Of a DNA stretch of 64,000 bases, positions 36,370-47,869 are shown in pieces (the stretch's first letter is position 1; the number at the start of each line of letters is the position of its first letter). Under the pieces are notes generated by a model. It was given only the letters and a program-made list of their open reading frames with translations, was not told where the DNA came from and ran no database searches. The position numbers and the translations under genes are program-made. The stretch lies in NCBI RefSeq assembly GCF_037042905.1, contig NC_087245.1, forward strand, positions 7,998,001 to 8,062,000, written 5' to 3'. The stretch comes from Lytechinus pictus (Eukaryota).

Positions 36370-39351
36370 TTTCCCATTTAGAGAAATGGATTGTAAGAGT
36401 CCCCCTCTTTGTTGATATATTCTTTTCTTCTCTTTCCCCCAATACTATTTTTTATTTCATTCAATGAAGGAGGTTTTTTTAATTCTCGGTTTTTGTAAAT
36501 AAGATATTTAACTAAAATCAAGACATGATTAATTAATGGATATTTACCTTTACTTTTCTCCTCCTTCCCGAAAAGAATTTCCTGCCAACTAAATTTATTT
36601 ATTTCAAAATTTAAACTTCTTGCACACAGATCCCAAAGTGATTTTGAAAATTCACAAGTATAAAATAGATGTTCATACGTTCCTTCTTCCTTTTGACAAA
36701 ATGAGCATAAATTGGTCGAAACAAGACCAAACGGAAAAGGTGGTGGTAAGTGTATACAATATTATGCAAGAGTTTATACTGAAAATCCCTTAATCGACTA
36801 TTCAGTGTGCAATATCTTAGTCTTAAAAATATACTTTCTATTTCCTTATTGGTAAGATCATAATTCGTTCTAATTTTGTCGAAAATAGAAGGTTTAATTT
36901 CATTTTTATTCAACAGCTGTTCGTATATTTCTTGTGATTTTAAAACATTAAATTAGTTGTTTTCTTACCCAAATTGAAATCGATTCCAAAGTTATGCTTT
37001 GCATTTATTTCGATATTGTTCTTCCAACTTACGGGTAAACAGGCATATATATGCTTGATCTTTTCAACATCATTTGCATCTAAATTCAAATTAAGAAAAT
37101 GTGTATCACATTTTAGTTTACCATTATTATCCAAAATATGATGCAATTTATAAACCTCTTTATCGTATAGAATCTTATCAAATATACAACTCCCTTTATA
37201 TCAAATAAGCTTATTATTAAAAATCACCACTTTCCCAAACTCTGTACTTCTAATATGTCTTATATTTACCCACTCTTCTAATAAGTCCATGTAAAATTTT
37301 GAAGCTGTTACTTTCAATAAACCTGGTATATAGTCACATGAAAATATCAAATCTCCACCCAAATGTTTAGTGGCAAAATTAAAGTACTGTTTCCATTTCA
37401 TATCTTCATCTTTACTTAAAAGTCTTTTAATCCACATCATTCGCTGTGCCTTTACCTGCACAGGGAGGTTTAACATCTCTAATCCTCCTTGCTTATAGTC
37501 TAAAACATTGTATTCCTATTAATTTTGTCTTTCTTACCTTTCCATAAGAAATCAAAAGTTAATTCATCCAATGATTCATAAACCCACTTAGGAACAGGAG
37601 TAAGAGACGCTCGATAGAGGACTTTAGAATAGATATGCACCTTTGATAGTTGAATCTTCCCCATAAGCGTTATATCCCTTAGCTTCCAAAAGTTCAAGAG
37701 TGTTTTAATTTTGCTTAAGATTTCTTTGTAATTTAGATCTTCTTTCTTATGTTCATCTAGGGTGAAAAATACTCCTAAAGCTTTAAGAAAAGGAGAAGTC
37801 AAATTCCAAATGCTGACATGAACCTAATTTTAATACTTTAGTTTTGTCATTATTGATTTTTAATCCAGAAAGTTTTTCAAAATCTGCAAATAAAACTTTT
37901 AGTCTATCAACTGATTTTACATTACGAGCAAAAACTGTCATATCATCTGCATAAAGTGCTAATTTAATTTCTTTATCTCCAAATTTAATTCCTTCAATCG
38001 GATTATCTTTCGTAATTTATGAGCCATTACTTCAATACACAAAATAAATCGGTAAGGACTAAGAGGATCCCCTTGCCTCACCCCCTTTTTATTTCAAAAT
38101 AACCAGTGGAATTTCCTTCATTTAAAACACAACTTAGAGTGTCAGTATTCCATCTGTGGTTTTTCTTTTATTACTTTGCATCAACTGGTTGAAATAACGC
38201 GAGTCTCTTTCACCACATACCAGGAGGCACGAGATCGAACCTTAACACCTTCATTAACATAACTATAGATTTCCCTTAATTTCTCTTTTGTATTTTTTAG
38301 TTTTTCTAAAGTATTTGCATCAGTACGATCTTTCAATTGTTCTTCTAAAAACTGTATATCTCTTTCTTAATCCGTTTTCATTATCCTTCTTTTATCAGCC
38401 AATTTTTTCGAAAATTTTTGTGTAAAACTTCGAATGTTCATTTTTAGAAAATCCCATAACAACCTCTTATCTTTTATTTCAGATTGCAATTCATTTCTCA
38501 ATTCACGAATTTCTTTCTTTAATTCTTTAACATAATCTTCATTTTCACATAAACTATTATTAAATTTCCAATATGACCTCTTCCTTCCATTAACTTTATT
38601 TTTTGTTTTGTCGAATAAGTGTACAAAAATTGAATGATGATCAGGGGCCACAGATGGAATTATATCGCACTTTATAACCATTTCCTCTAAACATTCAGAA
38701 ATTATCCAGTAATCAAGTCTGCTTTGCATGAAGGGGTTCTTTTGCATGTATGTAAATTGTCTTTTCAGGGGATGTCTACATCTCCAAACGTCAAAAAATT
38801 GGAAGTCTTCCATAAATTTTCAAAAGTCTCGATTGAATCTATTTGAAATCCTATTTAGAGATTGTCCGTTATAATCTAAATTATTGTCCCTAATCATGTT
38901 AAAATCACCACCTATTATAACAGGGTATTTATCTTTATTCAACTTAGCAAGGGTATTTCGTATTTTTTTGAGAAATTGCAATTGTTCATTTTCAAAATTT
39001 CTTGTAGGAAATATACATTTCCTAAAATCAACCTAACCCCTTGAAACTTAAATCTATAAATAGAAATCTACCCTCATTGTCTCTTAAGACTTGTAATATC
39101 TCCATATCTACCGTTGGCGCAATTAAAACTAATATACCCTTGCTATGAGCTGAACCATGACTAAAATAACTGATGCCGTCCCACGACGAATCCCATCTAT
39201 CCTCACATTCCCTAGTACTAAAGGTTTCTTGCAAAAAGACAATATCGGCCCCTTTATCTTTACACCAAAAAAAGATACGGTCTCTTTTATCACTATCTCT
39301 AATTCCTTTCACATTGAGGGATATCAATTTACAACTAATCTGGAGACTCAT
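36370..39351 (-). pseudogene. LINE ORF2 (AP endonuclease + reverse transcriptase), frameshifted and internally deleted
   Basis: ISLNVKGIRD, VFLQETFS, GGDFN, SRLDYW, PDHH, WKFNNSL; GVRQGDPLSP, LYADD, LGV; RDFQYKLLHNI. Confidence 0.92.
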
Positions 39352-39995
39352 AAAAAATCAGATACAAAACAAATAGCCTAACACCGGTGCCAATCCCCCA
39401 CCCAAGGGGATCCCATAAATTAGAGCCCCCGTCCCCTCCCATCCCAGACCCCCCCCCAAAAAAAAAAAAACCCCAGGGTTACTCCGAAGAGTAAGCTTCA
39501 TGCTATGAGCAAGAGGCAACGGGGGAACGTCCATGACTATCGTAGGCAAAACCCTCTCCTCCGACAATGAAAGAAGAAGAAAAAAAAAATAAAAGTGATC
39601 TAACAAGCACTCTAAATTACAGGGATCCAAACAAATTCGGACGGACTACAACCCCAGACCAAACAAAATCAGGTCCCCACCCCAAACAAATATTATACGA
39701 GTGCGAGAACCAGAATTTAAATCATAAACAACTCAGACCAAACCCCAACAGGTCTATAGAATGTTAACAACCCCAATCAAGGTGTATCTGCTCTATTATC
39801 GCCATTATACAGATATATTAGAATTATCATGAGCACGAATCAAGAAGGCAACTGATGTCTTCTAGTCACCAATATGCGTCACTCATTTAAAATTCTATCC
39901 TACCTATATTAAACCAGAAAAGAACAATGTAAGCATACAAACGACCATCTGTAAAACTTCCAGTCGGTTAAAATATTTGTCCAAAGACGACTAAT

Positions 39996-40444
39996 ACCGT
40001 GTTTACACTTAATCGGCAATTGGTTCTGAACCAAATGCCGATGCAGAATCGGCATTTGGATTGCGTTTACACGTTGTTACAGCTCGCGGTTCAGAACCGC
40101 GAGCCGATGCAAAAACCTGAAATTATACGCATACCTACAATATACGTCATAATAAAGACAACGCTGGATCAGTGCGCTTACAATTACGTCACAATGGTAA
40201 AGTAATTGAAATGCGCACAAATTGCCGGTGCAGAATCGGCTTTCTGTTTACACGTAGTAAAAAAGCCGATTCTGCATCGGCTCGCGGTTCAGAACCTACT
40301 ACTTTGGTGGTGCAAATTGCCGGTTCTGAACCGCGAGCCGATTCAAGTTGCTCGCGTTTACACGCTATGAAAAAGCCGATGCTGAATCGGCTCGCGGTTC
40401 AGAACCGCGAGCCGATTCAAATGCCGATTAAGTGTAAACACTGT
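39996..40444. mobile_element. PIF/Harbinger-like MITE
   Basis: AAT|ACCGTGTTTACACTTAATCGGCA...TGCCGATTAAGTGTAAACACTGT|AAT (3-bp TSD); internal palindromes GCTCGCGGTTCAGAACCGCGAGC. Confidence 0.85.
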
Positions 40445-40589
40445 AATGGTCTACTATTCATACCAGTTTCTTAAGGCTTCAATAGTGAATTACAACCCAA
40501 ATTGAAAATTCAGATAAAATAGCTTGGCACTGCATGCCATATCGAAATCAACACAATATACATTGTAGTTTAACTATTCAAAACATCTA

Positions 40590-41880
40590 GGCCCCCATCT
40601 CACTAGGAAGGCGATCGTGGCGACCATGGCGATCTGTGTAAATCCCGCAAATCGTAGCAGAATCTTCCTCGAATTCTATTTTTAGCCTGCGAGACGATTG
40701 CACTGCAACTTCTATGCGACCGACCTGCGCTGAAGGCGATGGTAATACGCTGAAAGTACGACGATGCCACTTTCTTGCGACGATTCGAGGCAGATGTGAT
40801 GCGCTGCTTCTGCGATCAAAGCGATCGTACAACGAGGCTCATACGCTAATTAGGACCTCGGTACGGTGGTGCTACGAATGAAGCGATTATGTTACGTTCA
40901 TGATGGGCTCTTGAAACGATTTCAAGCAATCGGCATACTAATCGCGGCACATGACACATTTTTCAGTCGATTGCCAACCTCCGACCAACATGGATGTCCA
41001 GAATTTGGTTGGACTTATACATGATCTTGGCATTCTAAAAACACATCAGTTAAAAGTTGAATGCGAGGACAGGAGAAGGAGGAGGCCAAAAAGATACAGG
41101 GTCCGATCCTGGCTGTCACCTAAGTCATAATATACAATATTTTTAAAATTTCATTCAAAAGATGTCGATGCTGAGCCTAATAATTAATATGAGGGATGCA
41201 TCCAGAATTTCATAAAAGAGCATAAAAATCTTTGATATTCTGTTTATTTTTTTCCACAAAGTTTGTCACTCAAAAATATTTGTTAAATTCCTTTCAAATT
41301 TGCTGACAAGAAGTAGTCTACTGATGTGAGAGCACTCATAAAAAGGGAGGGGGAGGGGGGCACAATGCCAGAATCTCCCTAAAGATTGCCTTTCCCAATC
41401 AATACATTAGTGATCGAATCATTAACAAAATTTGATGTTGTCTTCTGTTACTGTGGTTAGAATTCAATTTATTTTCAAAACATAATCAATTTATTTATTT
41501 CTGCAGAGGTAACCCATTTCGTCATCAAGACATGTGAGCGTCTTTTTTCTCTTTCCAGCTGGCTCAGCAGTAAGATTTTCATCCTCCTCCTGTACCCCCT
41601 CCTCTTCCTCCTCTACATCATCCCTCCTCTACCACCACCATAACCCCTTGTTCTTCCCCTTCGACCGCCGGCCTAAGAGGGGTAGCTTGGGCAGCTTTCC
41701 CTTTTCTGGTCCTTTTTCTGGGAGGTATGTTTGAAAACGCCGTGGTATCGCCTCGTAATCTGTTGCAAATATGATAATCCGCCACCATCGGCACGGCGTT
41801 TTATAGCAGCGCGGACGGTTGTTGCGCAATCGCTGCCCAGTCATCAGCGGCGCAGCAAAAGCGCAATACCCATTGACAGT
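40590..41880. mobile_element. Harbinger-type transposon remnant with the starts of two convergent ORFs
   Basis: Left end GGCCCCCATCTCACTAGG. On +, ATG 40990 gives MDVQ...RRRRRPKRYRVRSWL (transposase N-terminal motif). On -, ~41728 gives (M)PPRKRTRKGK...EEEEEGVQEEDE. Right TIR not found. Confidence 0.6.
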
Positions 41881-43599
41881 CCACACCAAAAAATAAAATC
41901 TCATGTCATTATAATATAAATGCGTAATCAAGAAGATAACTATTAATGCAATGCTCTTTTCATGTTCAAAACAGCCCTAGTCCAAAGCAAAATAATCATA
42001 AATTAAAATTCAAGGATCTTTTAAGTAAAACATAAAAGTGTTGTCATCTAGAATTCAATACCAAAACAATTTTAACAAAATGTAGGTTATTCACTGAATT
42101 TCACTGTTTCTAATGACAACTGTTTCTTCAAGAATTGAAATGAAATTTTAACAGCGTTATCCTTTTAAACGCAGCCTAAAAAGATTGGAAAAAAAACCTA
42201 AGAAAATTTACATGTGCATGATTCTGGCACATAAATAGATATCACTGATGGTATTTTCATGCCGGCATGCATAATATCAGCTCAAACTATCTCTACAGGT
42301 CCAACAATATCAGTGTAGCATATAGGAGCAGTCACATAAATTTAATTCTGTTGATCAATGTAGACATACAGAATTGTAATCATTGAAAAAAGGAACTTTC
42401 ATTAATGATATAAGATTAAATAAACTGTAAATGTTATTTTGCCTTCAATAAATTACGTTAAATTCTATGGCCCTTGTCTACAAAATGAACCTAATTAATG
42501 CAATACACGTTACATATTCAAATAATCTATAATGTTTTAAATGACTTTAACAAAAAGCACTATTTAACAAAACAAAAAGACCATGAAACCAGCTGATACT
42601 CACTATCTAATTCTAATTCTATTCCAGTGAATCTGTATCAGTTAATAATCAGGTCCTTATACGAAATGGTGTTAAAACCAAAATACAAACATCATGGTGT
42701 TCTTCAGGAATTTACCCTGACTTCAAAATTCATAAACAATAGGAACTATTTGTTCATGAAATTGTACATTTTTTTTAAATAAAATGAGCTTTATATCAAA
42801 TTACTGAACATCTTGTTTGGTGTTGATAATGAGGCTTTAATTGAGGGCCTCAGTGATTACAAAACCAAATCAAAGGTGTAACATTTTAAGTAGAACCATC
42901 GAAACTACGAAACATTTGCACTAACTGTGACAATGCAGACATGAACCCCAAACACAATAATAATAATAAAACATCAGGTAGTTACATTATTTTTCCCCTG
43001 AGACAGTACTGTAAACAAAAGCAAGCCTAGAACCTAAACATATATCATGTAACAACCATAAAAAAAAAAACACATAGCTTAAACTTGAACATATTTTCAT
43101 ATTCATGTTTTCAAACATTTTGGATTATAAAGAGGGTTTTATTTTATCAATTATGTAAGATTTCCTACATAGGGCCTCAATTGTAAAAAAGACAAAGAAA
43201 CAGTCCAAAATTGCCTCAGGATTATTAAAGAGGTACCAAACATTTCAGTTTTTAAATCATACCAAACTCTAAACTTGACTAGATCTAGCCTCTCTCTACC
43301 AGGATATTGTGATGAAAAGGCAAACATTATTTAAAGCTTCAGTTTCAGATGTAGAAAAAATAAGTTTCAGCTCAATTTTCTGAATAAAAGTAAATTTAGG
43401 TAACAAACAGAAAGAATCAGACTCAGAGCTGGATTCAGAGTCATAATACTTATTCTGGAGTATATTTCCTTTGACTTTAGAAGCATATACTTGATAAATT
43501 GGTGTAACCTAAAGTTTACAAATCTGCTACATTTTCTTTGATCATTTAGATAGGTCTTTCTATGCCCAGGTTTCGCAATTCATCAAATAAAGCTTTCTG

Positions 43600-44376
43600 A
43601 TCACCTAAGGGAACGAACTTACTATCGATATACAGCTTTCTTGGTTCTGCTCATGAGAAGTATGCTCTCTTTCCGGCTGTCTTAGCCGCATGAAGCAGTG
43701 GGAATTGGGGTTTTCTAGCCTCCCGGACAGCTTTTGGAAGATCATCCGTTATTACATACTTGGTGCCTTTAAGATTCTTCGCATTTCTCATAATCTTTTC
43801 TTTATCTGGATAACGCAGCATCCTTGCTTTAATCGGACGAGGTCATCGTGGAGCCGGACATCGGTGGACTCGCTGAAACTCTACTCCTCGAATATCATCC
43901 TCGTTCATCTTCAATTTCTCCTTCATAAAATCTCTTACCACCTTTTGCGTATCCTCTCGTTCAGCTGGGCCTCCTTCTTCTGCTATCCCCCAAAACACAA
44001 TGTTTTCTCGTGCGGCGTAAACACTCAGCTTTTCCAGCTCCATCGTCAAATTCTCAAACTTTTCCTTGAAGTTTTTTTCTACCTGGGGTATGGTCTCCCT
44101 AGTAATTTTCTCCGTCACGTTGGCGTTGTAGGCTACCGATGTAATTAATTCCGTTGACTTCGTTTCCATTTCCATTTTACGAGACATTGTGTTACGAATC
44201 TGGTTTTCCGTATTTTTCTCAAGTCTATCTAGCCTTTCTTGCGTCTGTATGAAATGGTCGTTCATCAGCTGCTTGAGAGATTCAGTCTCTTCATACTCAT
44301 GCCTTGGCCCAGCGGCCCTTGCAGCCTGGCTACCGGGGCTAGAGGACGGCTTCTTTCGCTTGTCTCGGTTCGACAT
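43600..44376 (-). pseudogene. LINE ORF1 (coiled coil + RRM-like), disrupted
   Basis: RENIVFWGIAEE...EDT...VRDFM...EFQRVHR...*PRPIKARMLRY...ITDDLPKAVREAR...LYID, typical of L1-type ORF1p. Confidence 0.85.
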
Positions 44377-45960
44377 TGCAGGTGCTAGCGGGTAAACTCA
44401 ATCTACGCAAAGTCAATACAAAATCAGGAGAGGGTCCGCATACGTGCTCACTTGTTAAAAGTCATGCGATCGGATGATTATGATGATCGGAGCTTGATTA
44501 TGCCCATCGATTGCATTGGCCGCTTGTCTATAGGTAAACTTTGAGCATATCTTAGAAACAGTTCAGGTCATGAAATGAATCTTTTTCAGCAACGTCCATG
44601 GTAATTCTCACTTTATTTGGTACGCGAACAGTAAAGATGAATAACGATACATATCTAACATTGATCATACCGTTGTAAACAGAGTTATTTCTTAGCAAAT
44701 AGTGCTTAATTACTTTTTAAAGAAAATCCTTATGTAATCGATTACAAACGATTACTGAATTTCCTTATACGATGATATACATGGATTAAAACTATTCTAC
44801 GCTCTTCACCGTCCCGAAAGTATGCTGAAAATTAGATAAACCTTTCGTTTGTTACAATATATATATATATATATGTATATCATATATATATATTACTGGC
44901 GTAAATCCGGTCCGAGCAGGAGGGGGTTGATAGCAATATATTGACCTAAAAATTCAAAATTTGGGGGACACCCCCACACCAAGGGCTGTGTATACGGGGT
45001 TATATAACCGTGAACATATACTATAATCTTTCAGTTAAAGGCTATAATGATTTTTTCAATGGCTAAATTGTATTGGATTCGTTGTGATTAAAGTAATAAA
45101 GCGAGCGAGAAAATTTTCAGTAATTGAAACTTGAAGGATATAATGGTATCCAAAAACCTGTTTTCAAATGGTGTGAATCACATCAGGAGCAAAATATACG
45201 TAAGTAGAATCTATACTGTAAATGCTTGATTTTTTCAATTGCTATATTGTAATGTATTTGTTGGTATATTTAAGTAATGAATTATAGTAAATATCACTAA
45301 GCGAGCGAAACAAGCGAGCAAATTTTTAAAGTTGAAAGACCAAATGATGACCAAAATCTTCTTTCAATGTGTGTGTAATTATTAGATAAATGCAGCGAGT
45401 GAGCGTAGTGAGCTAGCCTTCAGTCGTTTAAAAAGATATACTTATATTACAGAGGATGATACATGTAACGGTAGTTTATCAGAATCATAAACTTAAAAGA
45501 AATATATAAGAAGGGAAGAAATATAGAGAGAAAATGAGGATTAAACTGTCCAGATTTTGTTCAATGAAGGCGTTTATATCTCTATTTGTCACTTTTCACC
45601 CTGACCACCTAGGTGTTGTAAATGGGCACTGGTATTTCATTGAATGCTCGAGGGTCTGATCAAGGTAGCCGTGCATGCTCAATCATGGGTTTTTTAAAAT
45701 GTGCAGCGCTGAGAATAATGTGTATTTCCATGTATTGCTTTTTTTTTTCTCAAGAAAATGTGGTTTTTCAATGGACAACCATTTTGCCATTTAAACGCAT
45801 AGATCTACCCATTTTAAGAAGAATGATATTCAAATTCAAATTATTTTGGGGTGCGCTGTTATCCCACTTTGATCAAATTGTTTGTCTTGTTAATGTAAAT
45901 CATATGAAACTTATTTCTACATTAGGGATTACACATTGCTACAGATTAAAAAGGATCCGT

Positions 45961-46123
45961 ATACCATGGTCATATTTGTTCTACGGCGGCCGTACGGCGA
46001 GTCGAAAACAGCCGTTTTAACATTTTTTTTCAAACTACATATAGGTGGTTTGAATCAAAATTAATAAAACGGCTGTATTCGACTCGCCGTACGGCCGCCG
46101 TAGAACAAATGTGACCATGGTAT
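45961..46123. mobile_element. ~160 bp palindromic MITE
   Basis: ATACCATGGTCATATTTGTTCTACGGCGGCCGTACGGCGAGTCGAAAACAGCCGTTTTA with a near-perfect inverted copy. Confidence 0.85.
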
Positions 46124-46163
46124 AAGCACTACTTGATCTTCCAAGAGATAAAAATCAACGTAC

Positions 46164-46245
46164 CTGAGTCAACTAACGAGGCGAGAAGCAACACTAGCAT
46201 GCATTGCGCAATCCGTAGTCTTAAGCTATGTCGGTGGTCCACCAT
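46164..46245 (-). CDS. First coding exon (signal peptide) of the HYR-repeat gene; exon spans 46164-46255
   Basis: ccaatcag|GCAACAAACCATGG (strong Kozak); MVDHRHSLRLRIAQCMLVLLLASLVDS then G|gtacgt phase-1 donor, compatible with all HYR exons. The link to the HYR exons is inferred. Confidence 0.72.
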
Positions 46246-47153
46246 GGTTTGTTGCCTGATTGGAGATATAACAAAATAAATCACTAAATAACTGTCAGTC
46301 CTCAAATAGGTCATGGGAAAGGTTAAGAAACAGATGATGTCTATTAAGAACCCCCCTCCCCCCCCCCCCCAAAAAAAAAAGTAGCTCTTCAATTCGATGT
46401 AAACATGGAAGGGAATTTTCTTATAGACTTCATTCTCTCTAATATCTTCATTTAGAATTTATTCATGGTATCAATAATACAAGAAGATAGTATAATTCGA
46501 AGAAGAATTTTTTTTTTTAATCACAAAAAAACATATGCATGAGACAGGGTTGTGGTCGCCGCCAGCCCTCAAGGATTCTATTAAGTGCTCGGTAAAAAAA
46601 GTGGGGAAAGAGGAGAAAGAAGAAGCAAAAGGAAGAAAGGAGAAAGAATGCTCCTGTAACACTTAAATACACGTATTAATCAAAATGAAAATGACGTCGT
46701 ATTAGGTCGTCCCCCACCCCCTATCAAAATACCCGGGCGCCATCCGTGATATAAATGTTTACTAGCTTGGTCACACTGGCAGATTAATATTCACTAATTA
46801 GATCCCCGTGAAGAACAGCTATTTTCAGATGAAAATGGCTATCCAGCCTATTAATGGTCAATAAATCATATCAATTTAAAAGCAGAAACATTGTTTTCAC
46901 TTCCTTGAACATACACACAGAATTGAAAAGGTCGGAATCTAATCCATTGTATATGCCTAACACACAACTTATCCCATGTCATGTTCAATATAATATACTG
47001 GACGCAAAGCTCATCATTTGGGGAGCAAAGAAAGCCAAAGATAATATTCGACACAAACATTGCTAAGAGATGTCCTGAATACATCGCATTCATTGATGAA
47101 AAAATTATTTATTCCGATGTTGCAACGTGTTCCACAAAACCTTTTCTTATTAC

Positions 47154-47269
47154 CTTCTGTTAATCTGCTGTGCAGCCTTGTCGAAATAGCACATCGAGAC
47201 TAAAAGTACACCTGTGTGTCATTTAACTACTCGCACAGCTATCTATATTATTCGCTCACCCGAAAGAAT
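47154..47269 (-). other. Candidate non-coding exon 1 (5' UTR)
   Basis: Begins at Inr-like GCATTCT 29 nt after TATATAA; ends at CAGAAG|gtaata. Confidence 0.5.
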
Positions 47270-47400
47270 GCAAGCATGGTAAGTTTAATTATTATATATG
47301 AATTCCGGGTACCCCTCCGTGGGTGTTGTGCAGAACAACAGGAGGGTTGGGATTGTGACGTCATGAGCATGATGAGTGGTTTGAACTTTGTCGCACGTCA
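47265..47400 (-). promoter_or_regulatory. Candidate core promoter: TATA box, Inr and CRE
   Basis: TATATAA 47298-47292 (minus), Inr A at 47269, palindromic TGACGTCA 47356-47363, half-site TGACGTG 47400-47394. Confidence 0.55.
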
Positions 47401-47869
47401 ACATATTTGTACTTGTTGTAGTGGTTCACCCAAAGGGGAAAATGGTTCAGCGACTATCGTAATTCAAGTTCAGAGCTATAGCGTCACGTTATCTTAACAA
47501 CAACACTTATGGTAAAATAACTGCAGGGGAAGTGGGCACACCGCGGGTACACCGCCTCTTGCAGTCTCGCCTGTATTACAACATAAAAATATTTTAACCA
47601 GTACGAGGGTGATGGCAACCAATTTTGGGCAGTATTTTACCCATTGTGGGAAGTATATTGTCCAGAGAGGTTAAAAACAAGCAGCAATTACTTTAGAATG
47701 GGCAAAATTTTCATCACGCTGGATAAAAAAAAATGCCCAATGTTGGTTGGACACATAATTACCCTCATTCAGCATTTTTACCCAATATTTTTAGAGTGTA
47801 ACCAATTCAATATAGCAGCATTGCTGACTATAGAATAATTATTTAAAAGAATACCACTCATAAATTATG

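Larger units (their letters stand above)
35852..44520 (-). mobile_element. Degraded L1/Tx1-clade non-LTR retrotransposon with nested insertions
   Basis: ORF1, then ORF2 (APE-RT-C-terminal Cys region), then AT-rich 3' UTR with AATAAA and a short A-tail at ~35852-35875. Outer boundaries are approximate and no TSD was found. Confidence 0.7.

Noticed and set aside
725-46245. Assigning the gene symbol hyalin
   Set aside because: The domains are HYR-like, but I cannot confirm orthology from sequence alone and many echinoderm genes carry HYR repeats.
47275-47285. Plus-strand ATG|GTAAGT as the start of a divergent gene
   Set aside because: No downstream plus-strand exons were recognised, and a single motif is insufficient.
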